Below, piece after piece: positions 43,201-57,003 of a stretch of DNA of 64,000 nucleotides (position 1 is its first letter; the number at the start of each line of letters is the position of its first letter). A program made the translations under genes and the position numbers. The stretch lies in assembly GCF_009914755.1 (NCBI RefSeq), contig NC_060929.1. The stretch is one strand, 5' to 3'. Under the pieces are notes generated by a model. It did no database searches and was not told the DNA's origin. It saw only the letters and a program-made list of their open reading frames with translations. The DNA comes from the human T2T-CHM13v2.0 reference genome, Homo sapiens.

Positions 43201-45270
43201 TTTGTGCTGGAACTAATCATCTCTTCTGAGGGGGCAGAGGAAGACCAGTTTAGATCCTTTTGCTTGCTCATGCTGGGACGAAGTGATTTGCATCAGTATG
43301 AACACAGGAGTACTATCTTCCTTTGAAAATGCATGATGTATGAAGTGGGAGGAACCCCAGAGCAACAGCAGCACTTGCCAGGAAAAGATGCCCCAAGACT
43401 GAATGGGGCTTTTACAGTTGAGGCTTCTGGGGCATTTGCTAGAGGAGACAACACAGCACAGTGCTTACGTGTGTGGGTTTTACAGTCAGATGGACCAACT
43501 CTGCTGATGATATTCCTCTCTTCTACTTAACTTTTAAATCTCTTTCTAGAACTCAAAAGCACAACATATGGAGCCAGACTGCCCAGGTTTGAATCCCAGC
43601 TTTGCCACTTACCAGCTATTTAAATTTGCTATTATCAAGGTCTTGTCTATGTTCAAAGAGCACTTTGTATATAAAGATACAAAGTACTTTTCCCTGGGTA
43701 ATTTTAGTTGCCTGCATCTCTGCTTTCCTCACTCAGCATACCATAATTACCTAATAATCATATGAATAATACAGAAAATATTCATAGAGCTTTTCACTTA
43801 AACTACCTTATGGGTTGAGCAATTTACATACATTGTCATTCAATCCTCACAACTCTAGGAGAGCAGCATTCTTTTTATTCCCATTTTATAGATGGAGAAA
43901 CAGAGAATTAAGTAACTTGTACCCAATTTACACAGTTAATGAATCAGTAATGTTGTCATTTCAATTCCAACAGATCAGCTGAAGATGTTACCCAAATTGG
44001 AATCCGCAGGTTCTTGGGATGTCCAGGGACATACTTTTGAGGTCTGCAAGTTCTCTAAACATTTTTAAAATTTTTAAATTCATTTCAATATACTAAAACA
44101 CTATCAGCACTTGTTGAATATTTGAATGGCCACTTCAGTCCCCGAGTTCATATGAACTGTAAGTATAAGAAACATATACTAGATTTCTGTTTTTGCCTAT
44201 AATAAGCAACATTAGCAGAAAAATGAACTAGCTATGAGATTTTTTTTTCCATTTAAAAGATTCGGCACATTCCTCAACTGTGAGAACACGGCATACTACA
44301 GTGCTCCTCAAAGGTAGGGAGTATAATGGAACCACTTAAAGTTTGGTTTCTAAAATTTGATTTTTATTAACTATGTGACCTTGGGCAAGTCAATTCACTT
44401 CTCTGAGACTCCGTTTCTTAGTAGATTAAATAGGAGAATAGGGTTGCCATGAGAACAAAATGAGATGATATCAGAAGCACTTGGCAAAATACTTGGCACA
44501 ATAGAACTGACAAGAGCTGATAATACGAACAATAGAACACATAAAGACAATTCTTGCCCAGTGAGTACTTGGATTCATTTGTAGATTTTGACACCATTTG
44601 CTTGGCTGTGATTCTGAATTAAGAACTTCACAGTTGAAGGGAGTGTATTTACCTCTTACACAACAGTGGTTGTCCTTCCTGAGATGACAGGTGAAATCAT
44701 CCATGGTTTATACACAGCCATCTAATTTCTTAGAGCATCCTTTTATTTTAAAGAGTAACTTTTAAAAATCTGGGATAGTTTCCAATCAGGCAATTAAATT
44801 TGTTTCCCAGAATTAGTTTCTTATTTCCAATCAAACGCATTTTTTTTTTTTTACCCATCTTCTCATCACATGTCTTTGTGGTCCAGAATATAGGAAATTT
44901 ACTACAGATATAGCCTTATTTCATCAGGGAATAAGCATACTGACCCATGGTTTGGCAAATCACTTGAAATAATTTCACAGGAAGAAAAGTATAATATTTA
45001 TTAAAATTAATATGGTTCTCAAACACCATGAATAATCCATCGAGAGTTGATGACATTTTACATAATTGTGGAATAATATAAATCACTATGCTATAAGACA
45101 ATGTCTTAAGTGAAAGAAACCTGGCCACTTACAGCCAGTGCTGTACAACAAAAAGACAATGCATTTCAAAGCCTCAGATTTGGATCCCAGCTTGACTGTT
45201 AGTAGAGTGAACATAAAAATGTTTCTTTACCTTCTTTTCTCTTGACAGGCTCTACTTCCCACTGGTGAAG

Positions 45271-45958
45271 TGTCACCATTTGATAGTCTTAACCAGAAAG
45301 TGACTGAGACTGATGTCTCAATGGATAGAGATTACTGTAATCAATGTTTGAAGGAAAAACACAGGCCACAGGAGCATCTGTGACTTGTGCTTTTCCGAAT
45401 AGGGTTTCAGGAGCTTCAGTATTTAAAGGAGAAAGAGCAAGCAGAAGGGAAAAAAAGAGAGGGAAGGGAAGGGAAGCAGTGAGGCAAATGCTTACATTCT
45501 TGTGAGGCTCTGATTAGCCTCAGTAAATCTGCATAAGGGGAGTAGAGGAAAAAGTCAATTATGCATCCATCTCAGGGTAGGCAGAAGGATGATTTCTCTT
45601 CTCATCCTTGTCCTGTACCTGTGAAGATAAGCTGGTAATGGGCAATTTCAGGGTGAGATTCAACAGAACTTGGTTTTAGGGATAGTTTATAGATAGAATA
45701 TGTATCCTGAAAGATTTAGGGACCATAAGGAATTTCCTTGTGAGTAATTTGTGAGGAAGGCCATCTGGAGAGATATGTGGCCTTCCCTAGTTGCAGGAAC
45801 CTGGCTTATGGATGAGGCTATGACACAGGGTTGTGAAATTACAGCTCTCTTTTGGGGAAGGAAAGAAATAAGGGCAACGTTGTGTGACCCAGTCCCCAGT
45901 TTAACATTTCCTTTGGCATAGTGATTTTGGGGTTTCAAAAATTCCATTTTCTTTCACA
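45271..45958 (-). mobile_element. MER4-group (ERV1) solo LTR
   Basis: Minus strand begins tgtgaaagaaaat...ccccaaaatcactatgccaaagg...ctgggtcacacaa, as in MER4 LTRs; TG...CA termini. Confidence 0.8.
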
Positions 45959-46723
45959 ATAGCATACATTTTAGCAATTTCTACTCCTTTTCTTTCTGTC
46001 TCTCCAGCAGGGGAAACTCTGACCCAAAAAGCTATTATAACCATTTCAGAGTGCTTGGCATTGTACCCTTCATTCATTCATTCCTTCCTTCATTCGGCAA
46101 ATAATTATTGCATGAGTACTACTGGCCGTGTACTCTCACAGCTGCTGGGGACTCAGTGGTGAGAAAGGAGGACAAGTTGCCTGCTCTCAAGGAGTTTATC
46201 TTTCATTGGAGAAGTTAGACAATAAATTCAGAAACAAATAGTTAAACAAAATAGTTTGGACTGAGTGCTAAAAATGGTGCCATTATGGCAATAAACCAAT
46301 TTTATAGCGAAAGGGGCCTGTGCTAGAGGGCTACGCTAATCAGGATGGCCATGGAAATTCTTTGTACTAGGAGAGTTGGCTGCTGAGGAAGAAGCTGTGT
46401 GAGGGTCAGAGGGAGGAGATGCTAGGCAGAGGGAACTGCAAATGCACACGCTGTGAAGTATGAAGGCTCTGGGCAGACAAGAGTCAGTAATCAGCCCAGT
46501 GTGGCTGAAGCACATTAAGCATAGAGCAGCAGACAAAGGGCAACCTCACTGAGCCAGATCTCATCCAACCTAGTAAACCACGGTAATCACCTTGGATTGC
46601 TTTCCAAGCAAGGTGGGAAATCATTGAAGGATTCTAATCAGGGGACTGATATAATCTGGTTTTTATTTTTAAGAGTGATCTGGTTATTATATGGGGAATA
46701 CATTGTAAAGAATCAAGAGAGGA

Positions 46724-47575
46724 TGTCTTAGTCCATGCCCACTGCTATAAATGACCATAGACTGGGTAATTTATAAATAGTAGAAGTTTGCTTTTCACAG
46801 TTCTGCATGTTTGGAAGTCCAAGATCAAGGTGCCAGAAGGTTTGGTGTCTGGTAAGGGCCTGGTCTCTACTTTCAAGATAGTGCCTTGAACCCTGCTTCC
46901 TCCAGACAAGATGAACACTATGTCCTCACATGGCAGAAAGGACAGAAGGGCAAAAAAGAGAGCAAACAGTTCCCTTGCACCTCTTTTTTTTTTATACTTC
47001 AAGTTCTAGGGTACATGTGCACAACGTGCAGGTTTGTTACATATGTATACATGAGCCATGGTGGTGTGCTGCACCCATGAGCTCATCATTTACATTAGGT
47101 ATCTCTCCTAATGTTATCCCTCCCCCCTCCCCCCACCCCACAACAGGCCCCGGTGTGTGATGTTCTCCTTCCTGTGTCCAAGTGTTCTCATTGTTCAATT
47201 CCCACCTATGAGTGAGAACATGTGGTGTTTGGTTTTTCGTCCTTGCGATAGTTTGCTGAGAATGATGGTTTCCAGCTTCATCCATGTCCCTACAAAGGAC
47301 ATGAACTCATCATTTTTTATGACTGCATAGGATTCCATAGTGTATATGTGCCACATTTTCTTAATCCAGTCTATCATTGTTGGACATTTGGGTTGGTTCC
47401 AAGTCTTTGCTATTGCCCCTGCACCTCTTTTATAAAAGCATTAATCTTATTCATAAAGGTAGGGCTCTTATGGCATGATCACCGCCCAAAGAGCCTCACC
47501 TCTTAACACCACCAGCCATGAGAATTAAGTAGCAATATGAATTTTAGCAGGGACACAAATATGGAAACCACAGCA
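46724..47575 (-). mobile_element. MSTB/MSTC-like solo LTR (split by L1)
   Basis: tgtcttagtcc...catagactgggtaatttataaa...ggaagtccaagatcaaggtgcc...aaaccacagca. Confidence 0.85.
46988..47415 (-). mobile_element. L1PA4/5-like short 3' insertion
   Basis: Poly-T, 3'UTR and ORF2 tail; 16-bp TSD cccttgcacctctttt / cccctgcacctctttt at 46972-46987 and 47416-47431. Confidence 0.96.
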
Positions 47576-48764
47576 AAGAGACCAGTTAGGAGACAACTGT
47601 ACTTCAGGTAACAGATCATGATGGCTTAGACCGAGGTTACATCAGAGAAGAGAGAGAATGGAATTTTAAAAAAGGGGGTGGATTCGGTGCACATTTTAGA
47701 TACTGAATGGACAGAGCCAGTATGCTATATTGTCTCTTCAATGTCTTTAGTGCCCCTGTGTTTTAAATGGAAATTGTGATTAGAATGCTCTGTTGTCTTC
47801 ACCTAATTTGTAGAGACCCAGAAAAGTAAGAGTAAATTATTTGATTCTCTTGGGACAGAAGGTTAAAATCTACATTATCCAACTGATATATACTTTTTTC
47901 CAGAGTTCTCAAACTTGCTCCTGATCTCTAGAAACTTAAACAAAACACATCCTTAAGAAGATAAAACTGAATGGACATAGTGACCACAAAGGTTTTCACT
48001 ATCAAGAAAAAAAAAAAAGGGAGAGGAAGCTATAAACTAAAAAAGCAGTTGTATTTGTCCAGGTTTTGGCCTGCGGAATTTTTCAGACCATGTCTTTTGG
48101 GGCAATCATATTGGTAGGAATTGCCTTCTGTTTACTCAACTCAGAAAGATTCCAGCTTCCACGATATTTTGAATAAAAGTGTATGCCCCTGTGTGCTTCT
48201 GTGTGCCACTGTGTGTGTGTGTTAACAAGGCAGATATTGATGAAGTATTTGAAGCCTCAACTGGACTGTTGAGGAGGGAAGAAATTGTGTTGAGGGTGGC
48301 TAATAAGTGTTATATAAAAGTTGCTACTTACATAGCATGTTCTTATAAATTTACTCAGTAGAGCCTCAAAACTATCCCATAAGATAATCTTCCACACCAC
48401 TTCCCATTAAGGGATAAATAAAAATCAAAACATTTTGCAGAATGCTGAAGTAAACTGAGAGAGATTTGAGAGTATCTAAATGGGCTTGGGAAATTTTTAT
48501 TACATTTTATTGTAGCATTAGAAAAATAAGATACAAAGTATTAGTGATTGCTGTAAACTTTTAATTTGTGTAACCTCTAAATAGGAACTTGATGCAATTC
48601 ATATTAAAGAGTTTTTGATTAAAGAGCTCTTCAAATAAGATTAGACAACTTCCCTGTAACACCTATTTGCTCAAGTATGTGATAAAAAATGTTGAAACAA
48701 AATTTTTTACCAGTCAAAGATTTGTAAAAATCGCCTACCTGTAAAGCTCTAATAGCTCCTCTCA

Positions 48765-50562
48765 GACTCCTCCCTAACTCATTTTATGAGGCTGGCATCA
48801 TCCTGATATTGAAACCTGGCAGAGACACAAGGGAAAAAGAAAATTTCAGGACAATATTCCTGATGACTATCGATGCGAAAATCCTCAATAAAATACTGGC
48901 AAACTCAATCCACCAGCATATCAAAAAGGGTATCCACCACGATCAAGTCAGCTTCATCCCTGGGATGCAAGGCTGGTTCAACATATGCAAATCAATAAAT
49001 ATAATCCATCACATAAACAGAACCAATGACAAAAACCACATGATTATCTCAATAGATGCAGAAAAGGCCTTCAATAAAATTCAACACCCCTTCATGCTAA
49101 AAGCTCTCAATAAACTAGGTATTGATGGAACATATCTCAAAATAATAAGAGCTATTTATGACAAACCCACAACCAATATCATACTGAATGGGCAAAAGCT
49201 GGAAGCATTCCCCTCGAAAATCAGAACAAAACAAATCACCACTCCTATTCAACATAGTATTGGAAGTTCTGGCCAGGGCAATAAGGCAAGAGAACGAAAT
49301 AAAGTGTGTTTGAATAGAAAGAGAGAAAGTCAAATTGTCTCTGTTTGCAGATGACATGATTGCACATTTTGAAATCCCATCGTTTTAGCCCCAAATCTCC
49401 TTAAGCTGATAAGCAACTTCAGCAAAGTCTCAGGATACAAAATCAATGTGCAAAAATCACGAGCATTCCTATACACCAATAATAGACACACAGAGAGTCA
49501 AATCATGAGTAAACTCCCATTCACAATTGCTACAAAGAGAATAAAATACCTAGGAATCCAACTTACAAGGGATGTGAAGGACCTCTTCAAGCAGAACTAC
49601 AAACCACCGCTCAAGGAAATAAGAGAGGACACAAACAAATGAAAAAACATTCCATGATCATGGATAGGAAGAATCAATATCATGAAAATGGCCGTACTGC
49701 CCAAAGTAATTTATAGATTAAATGCTATCCCCATCAAGCTACCACTGACTTTCTTCACAGAGTTAGAATAAACTACTCTACATTTCATATGGAACTAAAA
49801 ATGAACCCGTATAGCCAAGACAATCCTAAGCAAAAAGAACAAAGTTGGAGGCATCATGCTACCTGACTTCACACTATATTATAAGGGCTATAGCTACCAA
49901 AACAGCATGATACTGGTACCAAAACAGATATATAGACCAACGGAACAGAATAGAAGCCTCAGAAATAATGTCACACATCTAGATCTTTGACAAACCTGAT
50001 AAAAACAAGCAACGGGGAAAGGATTCACTATTTATTCAATGGTTCCGGGAAAACTGGCTAGACATATGCAGAAAACTGAAACTGGACCCCTTCCTTACAC
50101 CTTATACAAAAATTAACTCAAGTGCATTAAATACTTAAACATAAGACCTAAAACCATAAAAACCCTAGAAGAAAAACCAGGCAATACTATTCAGGACATA
50201 GGCATGGGCAAAGACTTCATGACCAAAACACCAAAAGCAATGGCAACAAAAGCCAAAATTGACAAATGGGATCTCATTAAACTAAAGAGCTTCTGCACAG
50301 CAAAAGAAACTATCATCAGAGTTAACAGGCAACCTACAGAATGGGAGAAATTTTTTGCATTCTATCTATCTAACAAAGGATTAATATCCAGAATCTACAA
50401 AGAACTTAAACAAATTTACAAGAAAAAAACCAACAACTCCATCAAGAAGTGGGTGAAGGATATGAACAGACATTTCTCAAAACAAGACATTTATGCAGCC
50501 AACAAACATATGAAAAAAAGCTCATCATCACTGGTCAGTAGAGAAATGCAAAGCAAAACCAC
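48765..50562 (+). pseudogene. L1PA7-like ORF2 internal fragment (RT to C-terminal region), disrupted, lacking 3'UTR and poly-A
   Basis: ORF2 peptides in ORFs 48809, 49448 and 50204; deletion through the QGCPL motif near 49230; several stops and frameshifts. Confidence 0.93.
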
Positions 50563-50879
50563 CTTTTTTGATGAGATAAACTTCATGGGAGGAGAATTAG
50601 AAAATACAGCAGCATGGATCTTGAATGGTCTTCAGGGATTCAAATTTATAAGGTCATACTTTCAGCTTTGAAGATTGATAACTTAGAAAGGCAAAAAGAT
50701 TATGCAAAAGAGTTTTCTCATTCCCTTTTCAAATGCACCCATTGATCCTGCAATCATGGAGTAGGAATTTGTTACACTTTAGCTATTGGTTTCATCAACT
50801 GAGGCAGTGGATAAAAGTTTGTCCCTATTCCAAAATCAGATGTCTGTAAGCTTTCTATGGTAGTCACTGTTGTGCCTCC

Positions 50880-51540
<661 letters not shown>

Positions 51541-51544
51541 GTTA

Positions 51545-51624
51545 TTATGTTGGTGCAAAAGTAATTGTGGTTCTTGCTGTTGAAAGTAAAGGCAAAAACT
51601 GCAATTACTTTGGCAACAACCTAA
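51545..51624. mobile_element. MADE1 (Hsmar1-derived 80-bp palindromic MITE)
   Basis: ttatgttggtgcaaaagtaattg...caattactttggcaacaacctaa; 37-bp arms with 6-bp loop; TA on both sides. Confidence 0.95.
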
Positions 51625-52829
51625 TAATAAAAAGAACCTTTTCCTCTTCAGCTGATAGCCATGCAGTCAGACTGTCGTGGCAGTAGCCTGATAGCTGCCC
51701 CGACATTTGGCTCTTATATAAGGGGGAGGTGGGAGTTCCCGTGCTTGCTGCTGGGCAGCTGAGGGAGCAGAATTGAGGTGTGGACTCCAGGTGGGTCTGA
51801 TGGTGTCATGGGCAAGGAGACCTATGTCCTCTCAATAGCAGTACACACCTGATACCCTGAAACTGCAAGGAGAATGCCTAAGAGTGGCCTCTGTGGGCTC
51901 CCCCTGACCATAATCAATGCTATTGCTCAGAAGCAACTATCCTTTCTCTGTTATCAACCATTCAGGAGCCTCTCTCCATCTGAATCTGCCTTCATAGAGT
52001 TATGCACGATCCTGAACCATCCCACGATGTGGTAAACCTGCAGATACGGAGTGGGATTAGGAGGGAACCAGGGGAGTCCTGTGTTTTGGGAATGTTCTGA
52101 AGGAGTTGCTTGCTTATATTCAGCCTGCACACACCAGTATAGCTATAATGATGGTTAATAATTACTGACTACTCTGTTTAATCAATGCCCAGGTCAGAGA
52201 GTTGTTAAATATTTTCAGCATTGCCTCTGATAATATGTACTCAGAATGATGTGGGAGCTGTGAGATACTTACAAGTATTTCCCCTGCCTAAACAGTGCTC
52301 TTGTTACTCTTATGTATTATGAACAAAGTGCGTCGTTTTGGGAACATGTACCTATTTGCAAATTTCCATGGCTTGTTATCTATAATTCTCATGATAGTCA
52401 TGCAGGGCAGCTGCTAGAACTATCAGCATTTTATAGGCATTGAAACGGAGAAATTAAACAACTTGCCCAAATGCGTAGAGAGAATAAGTATGGAAGACAC
52501 TGAAATGCCCACTTCATCAGTGTAGCTCTGGTCAAGAGGTAGAGAATAAATTTGATACTTTTTTGTTAAAAGGGGAAAAGGCATAAGTTAATATTTATAG
52601 TTTACCCAAGAGAAAGACAATGTACACTGTGCATTTCAGTAACTCCATTCTCTGCTCAGAATAACTGTAGAGCAGAGCACATTAATGGATTCATTCTTTC
52701 AATAAATATTTATTATTAAGTACCTTCTGTGTTCAAAGTATTGTGTGAGATGCTGATGATAGAAGATTTAGACTATGCTGTTCAGGAATGGTCTAGGGGG
52801 AGAATTTAATTACTAGGGATTCTAATAGC

Positions 52830-54190
52830 CTGAAGCAACATGTAGCGGCAGTTGACCCCCTTGTCTGTCCTCAGGTGGATCAAGCTGAAGACTATTCTGC
52901 AGGCTCCACAGAGGAATGGGGCTCCATGGGGTGACAAGGTCAATAATCCACTCTCCTATTATCTTTCCCTTTTTCTCTGTTTCAGTCTTCTCAGTCTTCC
53001 ACTCCCCATTCCTAATCCCTGGGATCACTTTTCAAAATAGGCTGCCTGCAAAAGGGCCCTTGTTTTATGCTCTCTTCTTAAGAGGAACACAGCCTAAACA
53101 GCTGGTACAAGAAATGGATGTAAATATCAGATTCTCAGGGCGGGATTCTAGACCTGGATCACTCACTGATCAGACAGCAGTCAGGATCCCTTGGCCAGTG
53201 GTCAGTAGATGAAGATAATCCCTGGCAGTGGATGCTTCCCAATCACCAAGATGCTCAGCAATGGTGGACTGGGATAACATGGAAGTGGAAGGCAAAGCAT
53301 TGGCTCATATGGTAGTAGGTTAGGTAAATGATACAGGGACAATGGTAGTTATAAGAATTGTGAAGTTAACTACTTTTTACCAAAGGCTTTAGAAGCTTTG
53401 GGAAAAAAATTTAACAGTCTCAGGCTAATTAACTATCAACTCAAGATGCACTGTGAAAGTCATTTGGGCTCCATGGAACCATTTCATAGTCTTAATCTCC
53501 TATAACCATGGGGAAACCATGCTGAAAACCAGCCCTGATATTTAATAATAAGAGCAGCAGAGCAACAAAGGAGCATGTATGAATGACACCCTGTATGGTT
53601 TGACAGCTGTCTTCCAAAATGCCACATGTTCATTGAATAAAGGCCACCATACACTGCTGTGTCCCCAAGCAACTAGAATACATGAGTTGAGATCCAAGGA
53701 TGAAAATAGGATTACGTATTCTTACCAAAACTGCTAGAGACCTACTTGAATAATTTGTTTTCTGTCCCTATGAATTTAGAATTTTTTGGATTAGAAATTC
53801 AGGTTCCTGTTATTGGAACTTTGACAACACTATTCAGCAAAAGTTACTTTGAACTTTAAGCTATGACAACCATCTGGTTATTTAGGACTTCTCACACCAG
53901 TGGGCAAGGAAGCAGTAAAGTTACTATATTTGCAGGAGTTATTGATCCTGCTTACCTTGAGGAGCTGGAAGTTGGAAATCGTAATCTCTGGCTCAGGAAT
54001 CTCTTGGTACTCTCAGGTGCAGTGGTAATTGTAAATGAGAAGCTGCAGTAAGCACAGTCCAACAAGTGCTCAGACCCTCTGGTTATGAAGGCTTGGATAA
54101 CTCAACCACCTGACTGAGAATGAGGGAAACCTAGAATGGGTGGTGAAGGAAGGAGATGATAAATGTCAGCTATAGCCTAAGGATAAAATG
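52830..54190 (+). mobile_element. ERVL-class remnant: LTR16-like LTR plus internal sequence with dUTPase trace
   Basis: LTR end cctaaaca (53100) followed by PBS-like gctggtacaagaaatgg; peptide VTIFAGVIDPAY resembles dUTPase motif GVID(P/S)DY. Confidence 0.65.
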
Positions 54191-54341
54191 CAACATGTTC
54201 TACATGCCAGTTACGTAGAGGATGTATATACATATAACATAGAAACATATCCATGTACACATGTACATGTACCTATGTATCAGAATGTTAATAGTGACTA
54301 ATACTCAGTATTATGATTATAGGCGATTTTAGCTTTTTAAG

Positions 54342-55590
54342 TATTTTGGTTTGTTTTGTTTTTAATTGACACATAATAATTATACATATTTACGGGGTAC
54401 AGTGTGATGTTTTGATACATATATACATTGTGTAATAATCAAATCAGAGCATTTAGAATATTCATCACTAATATGGTCATCATTTTTTGTGGTGAAAAAA
54501 TTTGAAATCTTTCTCCTATTTTGAAATATACAATATTGTTAACCATAGTCACCCTACTGTACAATATAATACCAGATCTTATTTCTCTGATCAATGGGTA
54601 ACTTTGTACCTGTTGACCAGTCTCTCCTTATCCCTCCCCACTATCCTTCTCAGCCTCTGATAACTAATATTCTACTCTCTACTTCTAGGAGATTCTTTAG
54701 ATTCCACATATGAATGAGATCAGGCATATTTTTTTCTATGTCTGGCTTATTTCACTTAACATAATGTCCTTTAGGTTCATTCATATTGTTGTAAATGACA
54801 ACATTTCATTCTTTTAATGTCTCAATAGTATTCCATTGTGTATATGACTTTAGTTTGGGCAAGGATTTTTTGGATAAGATCCCAAAAGCACAGGCAGCAA
54901 AAGCAAAAATAGACAAATGGAATTATATCAAACAAAAAAGCTTCTGCACAGCAAAGGAAACAATCAACAGAGAGAAGAGACAATCTACAGAATAGGAAAA
55001 AATATTAACATTTTCAAATTATGCATCTAACAGGAACCTAGTAGTTAATATCCAGAATCTATAAGGAACACAACTCAATAGCAAAATACATCATCCAATT
55101 TAATAAACGGGCAAAAGACCTGAGCAAACATTTCTCAAAATAAGACATACAAATTACAAACAAGTATAAAAAAAATAAAATGCTCATCATCACTAATCAT
55201 CAAGGAAATGCAAATGAAAACTACAATAAGATATCACCTCGCCCTAGTGAGAGTGACTATCATCAATAAGACACAAAATAACAAATGTCAGCATGGATAT
55301 GGAGAAAAGGGAAGTATTATACACTGTTGGTGGGAATGTAAATTAGTATAGCCATTCTTGAAAACAGTAAGGAGTTTCCTCAAAAAATTAAAAATAGAAC
55401 TATCATATGATCTCGCAGTTTCACTACTGGGTATATACCCACAGGAAATAAGATCAGTATGTTGAAGAGACATCCGCATCCCCACGTTTATTGCAGCACT
55501 ATTCATGATAGCCAAAATATGAAATCAACTTAACTGTCCATCTCAGGATGAATGGATTAAAAAATGTGACATATATTTTGTTTTTGCTTT
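54342..55590 (-). mobile_element. L1MA-type LINE-1 with 5' inversion
   Basis: Minus-strand 3'UTR about 54355-54846; plus-strand ORF2 piece 54844-55575 ends where the minus piece begins in L1 coordinates; degenerate T-rich TSD. Confidence 0.88.
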
Positions 55591-55639
55591 TATTTTTAAA
55601 TGTCGATTTTACAGTAAGAAAGAGAGATAGAGAAATCAG

Positions 55640-57003
55640 AGAGCTGGGCATCGTTTGAAATCTAGGTGGAGAAAGTCATGGCTCCCCAGCTCTTGTGCTC
55701 TGCATGCCTACAGAATTAGCACCACTTAGATATTACCAAGGCTTAGTGCCCAAGCCGCACCTGGACCCTGAGCCACAACTAGAGTGACTGAGGAGCATTG
55801 TGCTGAAATGTGGGGAGCAGGGACTTAAAGCAGCCTTGGGCAGTGAACATTGTGGTCCAGTGAGTCCCCTAGGTCCCTTCCTCCAAACCATTCTGTCCTC
55901 AAGGCTCTGGCACTCTGGGCCTGTGATGGGAGGGGCAGCCTCAAAGATCTCTAAAATGCCTTTGGGGTCATTCTCCCATTGGAGAATTGGTGGGTCTTAT
56001 AAATAGCACCCACCTTCCTTCTATTCTTCTCATCCAATGGTAGCTTAGCTACATCCTTGGTTTTCCTTCCCAAATATTTTTTTTTATTTTTAGTTTTTCA
56101 CATGGCCAGATTGAGTTTTCCAAATCTCTATGTTTTGTTTCCCTTTTGATCATAAATTCATCTTTAAATCATTTTTCCCTTTTCACATTTTACTATGAGC
56201 AGTTAAGAGAAGTCACATAGCACTCTCTATGCTTTGCTTCTTAGAGATTTCATCTGCCAAATATCCTAATTCATGCTGTTAAGTTCTGCCTTCCACAAAG
56301 TTCTAGAACAGGAACATAGTTTAGTCAATTTCTTTTTTTTTTTTTATCTTTTCTTTTTTGTTTTTTTTGAGACAGGGTCTGGCTTTGTTGCCCAGGCTGG
56401 GTGCAGTGGCACAATCTCAGCTCACTGCAACCTCCAGCCCCTGGGCTCAAGTGATTCTCCTCCCTCAGCCTTCCAAGTAGCTGGAACTTCAAGTGTGCAC
56501 AACCATGCCTGGCTTATTTTTGTATTTTTTGTAGATAGGAGGTCTCACTTTGTTGCCCAGGCTGGTCTCAAACTCCTGGCCTCAAGCTATCCACCCACTT
56601 TGGCCTCCAAAATTGCTGGGACTACAGGTATGCCCCACTGTGACTGGCTAGCTAATTTCTTCACCACTTTGTAACAAGAATGGCCTTTCTTCCAGTTTCC
56701 AATGAGACATTCCTCATTCCATCTAAGACCTCATCTGAATGACCTTTATTGTCTGTTTTTCTATGAGCATTCTCGTCATGACGTCTTAAATAATATCCAA
56801 GGAGATTCAGATTTTCCCTACAGCTCTTCTTTTCTTCTGAGCCCTCACCAGAATCACCCTCCATGCTCCATTCATGGCAATAAAGGCTTTTTTCAGCATT
56901 CACTTCAAAACTATTCTAGCCTCTCTCCATTACCCAGTATCAAAGTTCCTTCCACATTTTTAGATATTTGTTATAGTAACACCCCTCTCCTGGTACAAAT
57001 TTC
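55640..57003 (-). mobile_element. MST-int (MaLR internal region), truncated, split by AluJ
   Basis: tgaaatctaggtggag, gggcctgtgatgggaggggcagcc, PBS-side ctctcctggtacaaattt adjoining the LTR. Confidence 0.85.
56335..56648 (-). mobile_element. AluJ
   Basis: gagacagggtct...cctgggctcaagtgattc...aactcctggcctcaagc; TSD tagtcaatttctt / tagctaatttctt. Confidence 0.93.

Larger units (their letters stand above)
46070..47720 (-). mobile_element. L2 LINE hosting an MST LTR, which in turn hosts an L1PA
   Basis: cattcattcattc 3' tail; gagaccagttaggagac resumes after the LTR. Confidence 0.8.

Noticed and set aside
46988-50562. Minus-strand L1 3' end at 47 kb and plus-strand ORF2 at 48.8 kb as a third twin-primed element
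   Set aside because: The 47-kb copy has its own 16-bp TSD inside an MST LTR, and 1.3 kb of unrelated sequence separates the two
51712-51724. cttatataagg as TATA or CArG promoter
   Set aside because: Not a CC(A/T)6GG match, no supporting context, possibly an old LTR remnant
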